A stretch of DNA of 64,000 nt from Phoronis australis (lineage: Eukaryota; Animalia; Phoronida): assembly GCA_002633005.1 (NCBI GenBank), contig NMRA01000108.1:601006-665005 (forward strand). The letters are read 5' to 3'. A program made the translations under genes and the position numbers. The stretch's first letter is position 1. Each line of letters starts with the position of its first letter. The notes under the pieces are model-generated. The model ran no database searches, was not told the DNA's origin, and saw nothing but the letters and a program-made list of their open reading frames with translations. Positions 1-13,600 of this stretch are shown one piece after another.

Positions 1-474
1 AAAATGGTTGCGAACAAACAATTTTAATTTATAGATGTTTGGCCAGTGAATTTTTGTACCGGTAACTATTCATTTATTAGTATCACTAGACAGAATGTGT
101 TTTTTGTTAACTTTCAGGTCAGCAGTAATGTGTAATCATAGTAAAAGAAATGAAATGTTATAGGCAACATTTAATTCCGATTTATTTACTATTCAGATCC
201 AATGGTAATAAATTACTACAACCTTTTGAAACAGAAAATGAAAATCATCAACTGGTAACACCTTGGCACAATGTAAAACAAGGCTCTAGAAATATTCTAC
301 CAAAAATACACCGTACTTGGTTTTTGTTGATTTTCAAAAACACTGTCAAAAATGGACGGATAAAATGATTCAGTTTCCAGACATTATAGTCATCACCATT
401 CATTAATTGCTTACTCACTTCTCCAGTATATTTATCAAACAAGTATTTGTATTTGATGAACACTTCCTAGTGCT

Positions 475-480
475 TTTATT
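475..480 (-). terminator. Candidate BBS7 polyadenylation signal (AATAAA); a second candidate lies at 73-78
   Basis: tttatt on + strand about 1 kb downstream of the stop; motif match only. Confidence 0.35.
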
Positions 481-1507
481 TGTTGTTAACCATGCAACAG
501 AGACTATAAACGAGTTGCTTCTGTGAGCACTAGTTTGATATGACCTATGCCCATGTCACAATCACTAAGTTGTGTATTCCTCAGAACAAAGCTCAAAACA
601 TCAGCAACCTACATCTCTCAAAAATGACTACAGCTCATCTGTCTCTCACTAACAGGGTGCTGAGTGTGAATGAAACTAAATTAACCAAGTAAACTCATCA
701 ATGAGCAGTTTTGTTACTTCATGCACGACAGTTAATATTTGTATGTTGAGCTGGTCGACTGCTTCTCAACAAAGTTAAAGAGAGGATGGAACCAGCGGAT
801 ACAAACTTAGATTTCTTTAGCTGAGTTAAGCAGAACTGCATATTGTGATTTTCAATCTTTTATAAGAGATATTGCATTCTACAAAGTTAACCTAGTCAAC
901 TTACAAAAAAAACCCAGCAAATTAGCAACTCCTTTCGTAGAACAACGAGAGATACAACCCATTATGCTCTCAACAAACCAATCCCACTTACTAATTTGCA
1001 AATGGCTGACAGAGGGTATGGTCACACAGAAATTATTTCTGCCTCCACTTGTCCCAAAAGCAACATGTTGATTCACAAATTAATAACTTCGGTATTTACT
1101 TCATACTCTTTTGACAAAACTCTTAACTTCAATACCCAGACCATGGATCTGTTCACAATTTTAACTGTCCATCTCCAGCCCCAGGAGAGTATGCAAAACG
1201 TACAATCAGCTGTTAACGCACAGGCATCACCAATGCTTATCAGTGACGCGACATTCACTCTCTTTGCCAAGTACTCATCGCCTGGGTAAAGTTTGAGACG
1301 AGAGCACCTATCGACCCTCATCCCACACATTATACGGGAATGATTAACTACTTCTCCACCAGGTGGCTCTTAATCACATAGTGTTGCTGTGTCGGTGCTG
1401 CCTGCTGTAACTGTGTAAACATTGTCAGCACACCAAACCAAGATCATCTCTTTTGATGGACGTCACATCCTTCACCAAAGCAAACACGACATATGCCACA
1501 CTACCAT

Positions 1508-1644
1508 TTACATGGCATTTTGAAAGAAGTCCACTAGAGTTGGCAGGTCATAGTTGTCCAGACATTCCAGCAACACAGGCACTTTGCTCTTGACATTTTG
1601 ACCTTTAAACTTGAACTTGTCAATAAATAGGTCAGTGATCATAC
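1508..1644 (-). CDS. BBS7: BBS7 last coding exon ([15 protein letters not shown]...FFQNAM*)
   Basis: ttcccag| acceptor, TAA stop at 1508-1510. Confidence 0.95.
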
Positions 1645-4600
1645 CTGGGAAAAAGTTGAATGAAGAAATATTATAATTACCGTGAACTGCAAAACGGTGA
1701 ATTTCACAAACGCTGACTACTGTCTTATTTAATGGCAACTGTAAATAAGGAATGCAAGGCAAAAATGTTCGACTTGCTAGGAAATGTTTTAAAAGTATGA
1801 TGCATAGTTTCGAATTGCAGTGGTACCCAACAAAAATCTTTTACAAACTGAGGTTATTAAAACTGGACATAGTGTGCAGTCACTTAGTCAGGTTTTTACC
1901 TCAACTGGAACAGAGAACATTGCAACTACAAAAGCATTCCAACACTATCTAATCAAATTAATTCTCAATGCAATTTACATGTGCAATTTCCATACATTAC
2001 CGTATTCTCCCTAATAACCACCCATGCCCCTACAAGCGCCTCCCACGCGCTTTCGGACTTTGCTAAAATAAGCGCCCAGCCCATGAACGTGTACGTGCGA
2101 AAAATGCCTTACCTGCAGTCCTAAAATTCTATAGTAAAATGATCATAATTTAACAGCAAAGTTTGACAGCAATGCACCACAATTTTGAAGAAAGTCTGTC
2201 ATAGGTTATAGATACGTCACAGAGCGTAAATATGACGAATCTTAGGTTCCGATTTCACCCGTTTTGGAGACAGGATTTTAACGCCTTGGGTTACAATAAG
2301 CGCCTCCCCTGAATCGAATTTTTCTAAGCGTCCTGGGTGGTTATTAGGGCTAGCTACCAGAAACGAGTCAGAATCAATTCAGCTTCCTTAGAAAAATACA
2401 GTAACTTTTAAAAGTGTAGTACCATAAAGTCTCTCAAGGTGGCATGGCTGTTTCTTGTACTCCAGCTGAAGTTTATCTGCATCTTCTAAGATCTGTCGAT
2501 ACTCGGGTGACATGAAACTGATGTCAGATTCATGGACGGAAAGTTCCTAAAGTTACAAGAAGTAACATCAGTTTTTAACACTGTGATGTAAATACTTCTT
2601 TAATAGCAGCTACACAAAATTATTCAACTGCGATTCTAACTCAAAAGAACACGTCCTCCCTCCTTACAACCTTTACAGTGATATTGTTAACAACAAATTG
2701 AAGTGCTTTTCAGCAAACACAGAACCTTTGCAGTTGCAGCTTAACGCTGAGCTAAATGTCACATGATAAAGGAACTGACAAAGTCAGCGGCTTTGATTTC
2801 AACGAATGTCTGACAGACAATGGCAATAATTTTAGATTTGTAATAAAATCACAAATGCAAAAAAGATTAGTATTTTAAGGCTCTGGTCAAAGCTAGTAAC
2901 TTCTAAACAAAAAGTTTATCCCATCCACCGATAATCCCAAAAATACGTTTTTGGTTGCAAAAATGACAATGTCTCACTCTTTCAAACATGAAATTCACAA
3001 ATTCAAAGGGACTAACTCCAACAAACAAGCCTCAAAATTTTCCTTTCCACAATAGCAATAACATAAAGATGAAATGAGAGGTCACCTGAGACTGATATAA
3101 CGTGGCTTAACACAGAATGTTACAGAAACTCGCAGCGTTTTGACATTCTTCTTCATGATAGAAAGTTTAAGGCAATGTTTGCCGTTACCTTCAGCGCGTC
3201 AATCAGCTGCACTTTCTTGGCTAGTAGCAACTGATACTCCAGCTTGGGATGAATGAGGCTTAATGTGTGAGGGATGGACTCATCGTTGATTTCTGTCAAA
3301 AGCAACAGAATCACGATTACTTGATGAATTTTTCACCCCCTAAGTTCATCAATCGTACAGTTTTAAGCACAAATGATTTACAAGTCTAGAACCATTGAAG
3401 ATAATTCAGAAATTTCTTTGATTTCACTAAATTAAAACCATCTCATCCTAGTTTCTGATTCAAGGGCAATGGATGTACGTCCACTCACGACAATTGATGA
3501 TAAAATTGCTTTACTCTATCTAACCGATTTAATAAGAGATCATGTGATGCAAAGACCGGAGCGTGCTCCACATGAGATTGGAGAAAGCATTAAAAATGCA
3601 AGATTTGGTGAGACAAAACTGGTGGCCAGGGTGTTATACTCAATAACACAACGTTAAGAGGCACTCCTTGAAAATACAATTTCATCACAATTGTCCTATC
3701 GCAAGCTACGACCTCTTGCAAAAAGACGACAAACAAACAATACGTTTTACCCGCTAACCTAGTGTTTGTTGAGCTTGGTGGCTTGGAAATGAACGTGTGT
3801 CAAGAATACTGCGTTCTGATTGGTCAATTAAGCTGTTACTCAAAATCTTGGTGATAGGTCAATTTGCAATCAGAAGCATCATTACAGGAAATCTCCGTTA
3901 TTTTTTGACAGAAATTGAGATTTCTCAGAGTCCAGACATAATTATCCTTAAACTATTTAAGTTTGACACTAACCATATGTTATGTCCAGTCGAATTTTCT
4001 TCTTGGTGGCTTCTTTTGTCAGAACATCTTTCAGAATTGAGATGGTGGAAATATTATCGGACCTGAACACAGCCTCGCCTTTTCTACAAAATGTATTAAT
4101 TCACACACTACCATCAGAAAAGTAGTAGTCATTTTCTATAAAATTATGCAAATCTTGTGGCAAAACCCCCAAAACACACAGAACAGAAAAATTCACATGG
4201 GAAAATATTGATGACTGATTTATCAACTGAAAAATCATTTTCAAGGGAGTCACAAAAATTGCAGCAATACCGAGACCTGCATCACGATGACTGATTTTGC
4301 ATTACACTAACACGGTCAGACGTTAAAGACCTAGAGCAATGTTCAATATTTGGTAAGCGCCATTTTAAGATAAGCCATCCCCTGAAATGACCTCTTCTCC
4401 ATCACGGAGGAAGACAAACACATATGGTATGACAATCCTAGTTCTCAACATGTCGGCCACAAAATCTGAGTTGAGTAGACAACACATCATGCATCAACGA
4501 TTATCTACAACAGCCATCCAGTTTAAAACTGCAACCAATGCCATAGTTTAATACTGTAACTGCCGTCAAGTTTCCTGGAGTGCGCAACTCACTTTTCAGC

Positions 4601-7600
4601 ATACTTCCACAATGGCACAATGGTATCAACCTGTCCAACTACAAGGCTAAATTGTTACCTAGTAAATCTCTAATTCCTATTGAAATAAAATACAAACTAG
4701 CATGACAGCAGTGAACAACAGTCAAAGAAATGTCTGACTGCAGGTAAACTGCAACAGAGTAGAGGTGTGGCACCGTAACAACAGACGTACAAAGAAGGTG
4801 TGGCACCGTAATAACATCATTATGTAATACTCACCTGTAAATACAACTGAGTTGTGTGTCAAGGAACGTGGACATGAACTGGAAGGATATAGAATCGCCA
4901 ACAGGGGTCTTCTCTGGTAATTCAGGGAGACAAAACGTCACCCATGAGTGGACCTCGGCCAAACTGAATGACCCTGTCAATTTCAGCGTGTTGTGAGGTC
5001 TGAAATGAAAGAAGCAGCAATGAATTTGATTAGAAATCAACTTCTGCAATATAAACGTTCACTTGGCTAAACTTTAACATTTAAAGCCACAAGAATACAG
5101 AGTCAGTGTAATGTTATTCCTTCCCACAATCCCCCGGTGCTACCACAACTGTACAATTACACTGTAAGATTTTGTAAAATTAAGTTCTTGAAAGAGGATG
5201 AAAAAGTACGCGTCAAGTGTAAACTTTAAGGTACAGCCATATCCCGCACAGTCAGTCTATTTAATTATTGAAAAGTTCATTATATTCTACATTGATAAGA
5301 AATGCATTCATTTCTTCATCCAGGTATTACACATTAAGTGCCTGCAAGAGACTGGAGTGCGTACATAGAGTTTTACTCCCACAATATGGTTCAAGTCTTA
5401 CAACAGGACTCAGAGGAAACTGGATTAAAGTTTTTCTAGAATCTAGCAGATGACCTTCATAATTACTTATAAGTGAATTGTCTAAACATGTTTACAATCC
5501 TTGTTACAAACTTAAAGAACTAATGTAGTTATTATAAAAAGTGTACGATACACTCAAGAAATCTATTATAAAATGTGTACGATACACTCACAAAATCTAT
5601 TATTTATCGTAATCTATTTTGCCCGGGGTACGCCACGAGCTATGTTGCAGAGTAAAACAAGAGGAGGATTGCGAATATTGTCATTTATTATGACGTAATA
5701 GATAAAACTAACTAAGACTCTGCAAGATGGGCATGCAAAAAACGCCATAATGGCAGCACGGAATGCTGACATCGCCCATTGTCATTGATGCGGTTCCTGT
5801 TTGTTTGCAATGACTTGAAATGTTTTCACACCAGGTGGGGTTATTAGCTAGTCCAACCGTATAGCCACTGGGTGCCACGCATTAGCTTAACATATCCGTC
5901 ACTTTTCAAATTCACAAATTATTGTGTAAATGTATAAAAGCCCATCTATTAACGAAAAAAGTCTTTACCTGTCTTCATTAAATACATGCGTTCTTTGATG
6001 TAAGGACAAAGGCTTGATTGCATACTGTTTACACTGACATGTCTTTGGCTGTAACCGAGGGGTCACGTATGCCTGCAGCATGCCGTATTGACCCTCGATG
6101 GAGCGAATCTTCAACTCCAGACGAGTGGTGTTGGCTTGACACCTATAGGTGGCCAGGAGAAAGTTACCTTCCTCTGGGTTACAGGCGCTGTAGCTGACCA
6201 CTGCTGAGTTCTTGTCCACATCCAAGAGGTCGATGGGTACATCGCTCTTTAAAACAAATTCATTAATTATTTTTTCCCAATAATGTCTACTTCAGTAGAC
6301 ACTTTAACCGCTATGCGTATAAGTAGCAATTAACTATCAACAACAAAATACCTCATGCAACTGTTCACACGAGTAGTATTTCTAACTTGGTAACTAATGA
6401 GGCATACAAGTCATTTTTTATCTAGATACATCAAGACCAGCCTCCCGTTCAGTAACGCTAGGACCTCGCTAAAAAGCAAGACTTCGCGAGATTACATGAG
6501 ATATTGCCGTGCATTTTAAATGAGAACACATGACTTTGACTAGGTTTTAGCTAGGTCCTAGCGAAGGTCCTAGTGTCTACTGAACGCACGCCAGATGTTG
6601 ACTCAACAAACACATTTGAGTAGCCAAAAACACCCAGATACAAAATGCTACTTGCAATCATTCACACGACATGTGCAGGCATGTGAACGGGCAATACCTA
6701 CAACACATGCGAACGACATGTGCAGGCATGTGAACGGGCTATACCTACAACACATGCCATAAATAAGTGGATGTGTTGTTTCCACATCCTGACCACCAGT
6801 TCTGCTCACAGACAAATCTTAACAATGGAATTAAGCGTTTCCATCCTGTTACTTTTTCCGCAAATTCACAACTCAAGAGCAAATAGGCATTAAGACCGCT
6901 TACACGCAGCCATCATGTCAAATTCCAGATCACTTTGATTGATTACTTTTGGCGTACCCTGAAGACTGTCATTATGTTACCACACGAGCCCAGTGATCAG
7001 CTCACCTGTAGCAGAACGTTGTCAATGGCCATCTGCACTTCCAGACTGAGAGTGTAGCTAGCGTCCTCTTTGTTCAGAACAAACTTGTCGTTGATGTTGA
7101 AGTATGGCACAGCTGAGATAGCCTTGCTATCCTGTGACGTCTGCTGGTACTTCTCTCGCTCGCACAGCACCTTCTGCTGAAGTTCTTCCAACTCTTGTCT
7201 AAATATTTACAAAATAATCTGACAAATTCGGAAAATGCATGTTCTGATGCATTCGGTTCATCTCAAATGAAGGAATGGTGATAATGTACTTGCACGAAGA
7301 ACATAATTGAAAGATGGCATCATACGACTTGGGATATCAAAACTTTTGGACTTGACATTTTTCAAGGGGCAGAAGCTATTTCCCGAAATTTAGATATCAA
7401 TATTATACATTCACAATGATCAAGTCTTAGCCAAGTAATTTTCAGCATCAGAAAACAAGGACAATTAAGTAAGGTTCTGTAACTTTTCTCAATTTTACAT
7501 GTACCAACATGTACTCAAGCACTCTTTATTTTTCATTACAAACATTGCCACAGACTCGTAATACTTCTGGAATTGGTTTACATAGAAAATGACCACTTGG

Positions 7601-10600
7601 TATTCAACCCTAATTATAATTTGATTAAGATGCAAAAATGACCAAGTAAAGGCATACAAAAGTACCCCGATATTGGTATTCACACTTTACAAGAAACTCC
7701 ATCTTCAGTTGTGCATATTCAACAGTGCAAAGACTTAGTATTAATGCTAAATCTGTGCTCAAGTTTAGGAAATTAAACATTGAATGACTTTCATATGACA
7801 CAACATATTAAGGTTATGAGGACTCCATCGACATGTCCGTGTATTTAGCCATAAAAGTATTACTTTCTGGGGGCGGAAAGTCAGGCCCTGTAGAATTTGA
7901 AATTCTTACTTTACAACAATCTGTTTTTAGGTTGAGTGACTAGTATGTCTTTTTGATAAAATAGGTAAAAAAGAAACGGGTATATTGATAGCAAAATAAT
8001 GGTATCAATAAAACTTGGACAAATTACAGTAATTTGATATTGATGTTCAAGGTGAAGTCTTAAAAATGTTAGTTTTTATTTCGTTTTCGTTTTATGCATA
8101 TTTTTGGTTCTTTCATGAAAATCATAAAAATCCCATTTTTAATAGCCTCTCATACAAAATTGCGTACAGTGCATAAAGAACGATAGTATCTGAAAGTTTC
8201 GAATAAATCTGATTGGCCATTTCTGAGATTAGGCGTTCCGAAGCTCGCCAAATTTGGACATTTTGCTGGGGTCCTACAAAACCTTAAAGTGCAATCTGTA
8301 CACTGGACCTCTACTTAGAATATTAAGAACACATCCATGTCAACACAACAAACACGAATCAATTGGTGCCAAAAATTGTGAAAAAAAAGGTCTAGGGAAG
8401 AAACTGCTACCAATAAATACTGTTTGTTTCATTCAAGAGTATCGAGACAACCAGGTATACAGGAGCTACAAAATGGGTTGAAATGCGTTTATGACTACAT
8501 CCCAAATGGTATGCTTCTAGAGATGTTTATCAGTACCAAACAAGAGCAACGCGGAGCATTGAAATGCGCCCATGAATGCAACGCAAACGGTGTGCTTCTA
8601 GGGCTGTTTATTTGTTTCATAAAAATGGCCACTAGATGGCGCAAAAACGTCCAATTCATCTGACAACGGGAACATGCCATCACTTCTTTAGCAGAAAGCT
8701 ATTTACCAAATTTCAAAAAATCTGTCAAAAGAACTTCAGAGAAACAAAGGGAAACAGAAAAAGTGAAATTGCCATTATGGGCCACAGCGTTCAAGGGATC
8801 TGTATGAATGACGTCGTCGTCTGTTGTTAGCTTCATGTAAATACAATTACTAATAAATAAAATTTAATAAAGATCCTGCGGTGGGTTTAGGAGATGCAGC
8901 TATGGGCGCAAAACAAAACAAAACTACCAGTAGGAAGCGCCACAGTAGTCGAAGTCATCACCGTCAACCGTCCTCTTCACACTAAGAACATATATGCACA
9001 TTTTCAAAATAATCCTTAGAATGGTTTTCTTGATTGAGGGGTGGATTCCAAAAAACAGACTCAAAATCAGCAAAAATGGCCACTACATGGTGCAAAGTAC
9101 CTCGATTCCATCTAAAAACAGGATGATAGTATCATCTCAACAATAGATGCCCATATTCCGAATTTTCTGAAAATCCCTTGAGCACCTTGAATATACAGAG
9201 GTAAACCTAAAAAACTAAAATTGCCACTAGGGGCACATCAGTAGTCAGATCAGTCAGAAAGTTGTTGTCATCCATAGACAACATCATTTGCTAAATTTAG
9301 TAAAGATCCTGCAAACCGTTTAGGAGATACAGCCATGGGCGCAAAACAAACAAAACTGCCACTACGAGGCGCCACAGTAGTCGAAATCATCGGAAAATCA
9401 TCCTCTGAGTCGTCCTCTTCACAGTAAGAGCATACAGGTAAATTTTCACAATCATTTTTGAACAGTTTGGTTGACAGAGGGGTGGACGCCAAAAAAACAG
9501 ACTCAAAAACAACAAAAAATGGCCACTAGGTGGCGCAACCTGCGTCAAATCCATAAAAAATGGGAGGATATCGCCATTTCACTAATAGATGTCTATATGC
9601 CAAATTTTATGAAAATACATTGAGGACTTTTGAAGATACAGAGGGTAAATGTAAAAAACTATAATTGCTACTAGGGGGCACACCAGTAGTCAGATCCATC
9701 CGAAAGTCTGCTCATGTTGTCCCATCCACCAAAGGAACACATGTGCAAAATTTCATGAACGTATGTCCAAGGATTTGGAGATAGAGCAGTGGACGCCGGA
9801 CAGACGCCGAACAGACGCCGGAGAGACACCCGACAGACAGAGATGACGGCATAACGCGCCCACATTAGGTGGTGCAGAATATGTCAAACCTGCGTGGAAA
9901 CTGGAATTAAGCCTTATTTTCTTCCTTACAATAACCTAGTTGCAGAATTTCATGAAAATCCATTTAGGAATTCCACAGACACCGAGGCAAACATAAAAAA
10001 TAAAATTGTCACCATGACGCACAGCGGAAGTCAAATCTGTCTGAAATAAGTTGTCATCTGTTGCCAAGTTCACATGTTTGCACTTGTCCTATTTCACAAA
10101 GAACCTTGCAAGGAATTTGAAAGATAGAGTTTTGGATGCAAAATGCCACTAAGGATGGGGCACCACATAGTGATACCCATCCCAAAGTTAACATCCAGAA
10201 TGAAGTAATGCTGCTGTCAATACCAAAACATCTGAAAATTTTCTTAAATGACCTTTTCAGCAGTTTGGTGAATAGAGAAGTTGACACAAAGACAGACTAA
10301 AAAATAAAAATGGACACCGGGTGGAACAGAAAACATCTAATCTGTACAAAAATAAAAAATGTTGTCTACTTAATACTAGTATTTGCCATATTTCTTAGAT
10401 TACTGTCAAGGAACTCTGAAGATACTGAGGTAAACAGAGTTTGGTCAATCCGAACATCTTCGTCTCGTCATCAGTCGCCAACTTCACAGGTACACATTCT
10501 GGAAAATCGCATCAACATCCGGAGAGGGATTTGAATATACAGAAGCAGATGCTGCACAGACACCTGGACTCCCAGACAGAGATGACGGCAATATGCATCC

Positions 10601-13600
10601 ACGTTTACGCGGGCGCATAGAAACTGTGATATGAATATGTAAGAGCTTTAAGTGAAAGACTGGACAACACAATTCAGGTACAGGATTTATTGGGTAATTC
10701 ACCACCTTGAAAATGAATGAAAAAATGGAAAATGGAAAAATGGAAAAAAAGAAATTACTACTAGATGTTGAATGTGAAAAATGAAGGGAAATATACGAAA
10801 CTTCCTCATGTCATGTCATGGAATTATTTTTAACATTTGATAGCATAAAAATCTTTCACTAAAAGTAACACAAAATTAAAAAATAAGAAAGAAATAAAGT
10901 AGTACATCTTCCACAGCATACAGGTGACAGGAACGATCCACGCTCCCAGCAATCTTTGTGGCGAAAATTAACAGGTAAGTTGCCCCATTCCTTCTCTCGT
11001 TTGCTACAAGCCAAGCAGACTTACTTCAAATGGACAATTTTGATTTGTGTCCCTTCGTCTATCTTGACCTGTTGGCCAGGGCCAGCCTCTTTCTGCATGG
11101 GCTCAGTAGTCAAGCCAAAGATCCACCCTAAAATGACCAGTGTTCCAACAGAGGGAGCTACTTACAAGGAAGGTCAGTTCACACAACACAGAATGGTGGG
11201 TGATCACTCTCGTCATGTGACCGGCATGAGGTTAAGCAGTCGATTGGGTAAGACACCAGTTTTTGAATCAACTTTGTTATCTAAAGCGACAGTGAGCACA
11301 CTTTGAGAGGTCAAACCTTCAAATTGAGATATGATTATTTTGTCAATGGAAATAGGAAAAAAAAATCAAGATTCACACAGCCCATAATGCAATGCCGGAG
11401 AACTGCTAACCCCCACCAATGACTTGAAAGGCCATACTCATCCGGTTTAATGACTGACGTTTGGCTTACCGCAAACCATCCAAAATTTACAAGCTTTTGT
11501 TTCTAAGTGCCCATGCTTGGGTTACCACCGAACCCCAATAAAGAATTTATTGACTTAGAATGTTTGTTTGTATACGCCCGTCTCATCAGCATTTTAGCTC
11601 CCAAAAAGTACTGCAACTCGCTTACCCTTTGTCTTATTTGGATGACAAAATGCCCATACTATCTTACTCTTCACTGAAGGAGACATAAAATGGTGCGGTG
11701 CTTTTGGCCTTTATTCATTCTAATATTACCAAATTCAATAAGCTAGTGCATAATTTATAAAGAAATTCACAGTACTCATAATGTTTGTATCCCCCAACAA
11801 TTGTTTCTAATCACTCATGCCTGGCTTTTACAGTTTCCAATTAAAACGCCCCGGGCAGTGACTCGGAAGAGTACGGTATTTCTTCAAACGTGAACACTTG
11901 CCATATGTTCAACACGTATGTCCCAACACAATAGTCCTGTAAGTGGCACAAAAACTGTCAACTGTCGCTTTATTAGAAAAAAAACTAATTAAAAAACATT
12001 AGATATAAATAATTGTTGTTGCAACTGGTTCAATGATTTAAAAGGTTGCACTATTTTTTTGGATAATCTGAATGTAGTGTAGACGATTTGAGTATCAAAT
12101 AGTGTTCCCTAAGTCACTTGACTGAGACGAGTTCACACAACACCAAAAGATCTACCACATTGCAAGAGTTCCAGAGCAAGAATTCACAGCGCTCAATAAC
12201 AGAATGTTGACGGTTAATAAAACTGGCTTGACATCATTTAAGAAACACACCCTCCACCTTGACAGGTCCAACTACGCGACTGTTAGTGCAAACGACTCGG
12301 GAATGTCACTGCATCACAACGATGACAGGATACCTGAGTTTGAGAACCTGGTCTGAAGCAAATTTGCCGACAATAACAATGGAATTTCCGGACCTCACGC
12401 CCTCACCATACACCGGCTCAGTCGTACAAGACCAGATGCTCCCTATCACAACATAACGATGAAGACAAGTGATCATCTAACATCAAATTCTAAATACAAA
12501 ACGTCAAGGAGTATGACAGTCAGGAGTGGACAATGTGTGTTCTACAACAACCTCTCAAAAACTGTTACCGTGCACTGTAAATGTCAAGCCCAACAGCAAA
12601 ATAATGACAAACATGAATAGCTGTAAACACTCAGAGTTATAATCAAGCTTTGATCGATTTCAGTTAGGCTTGTCCCAGCAGAAAAGATCAATCAAACTGA
12701 CAAAGGAACAGCGTACCACTTGCTATAGATACAAGGTCAAGTATCCCCAGAAAGGTTCTCATATAGGAGTTGGCGGGAACTTGCTCTGAGGTTTGGGACA
12801 AAGAGGTGGAGAGTTGAAGCCAAAGGGGGGTACTGATATTGTTTCGAGCAGAGTTGTTTGATCTCACTTGGTGTTACTTTGGGTACTTGCTTTTGCCGAT
12901 ACCTCAGCAGTGGAAAAATACAGGGGAAATTTCAGAATGTTTCACCCCAGCTAGGTATTGCTTTGGTCTGGATTTCAAAAATACATTAGCACCTCCTATG
13001 GAATATTTGGAAGAGAACCCCTGGGGAGTGCTCCCATATCCATCTCGCATGAAAAATTTAGACCTACCAAGCTTATTTCAACAGCAGGACACGCTACTCA
13101 TGTTTGACAAGACTGTAAAGACATCAGAAATAGTGGCGTGCTGACACAATAAGCATGCCTGACCACGGGCCAGTGGTCACCTTTACCTGAGCACAAACAC
13201 CTTTTGTTGGGCCAACTCACTGGACACAATGACCGTGTCTCCATCCCGACACACTGGGTCGTAAAGGTTCTGTGTTGTGAAGCTAAACAAGCAGCCTATA
13301 CACAGTGATATATCGTTTATCACAATGAAAAACAACAAAATAGTATTAAGGTTATCTCCAACCTTATTCACAAAAAGTGGCCATTTTTACAATATTTCAC
13401 TTGTGTCTAGCAAAATACCTAATCTTCATTCTCAGGGAACTTCAAATACAAAATACACACTAAGTAGCGAGAAAAAAAAATTTAGCAGAACCACCTTGGA
13501 ACTTCACACCCGCATGGATATTTGTTTACTACTTATCCAAGGTCAAAGGTTAAAGTGCTTTCAATTAAATCGAATCTCCCGCCAGGTACAGAACAGCTTC

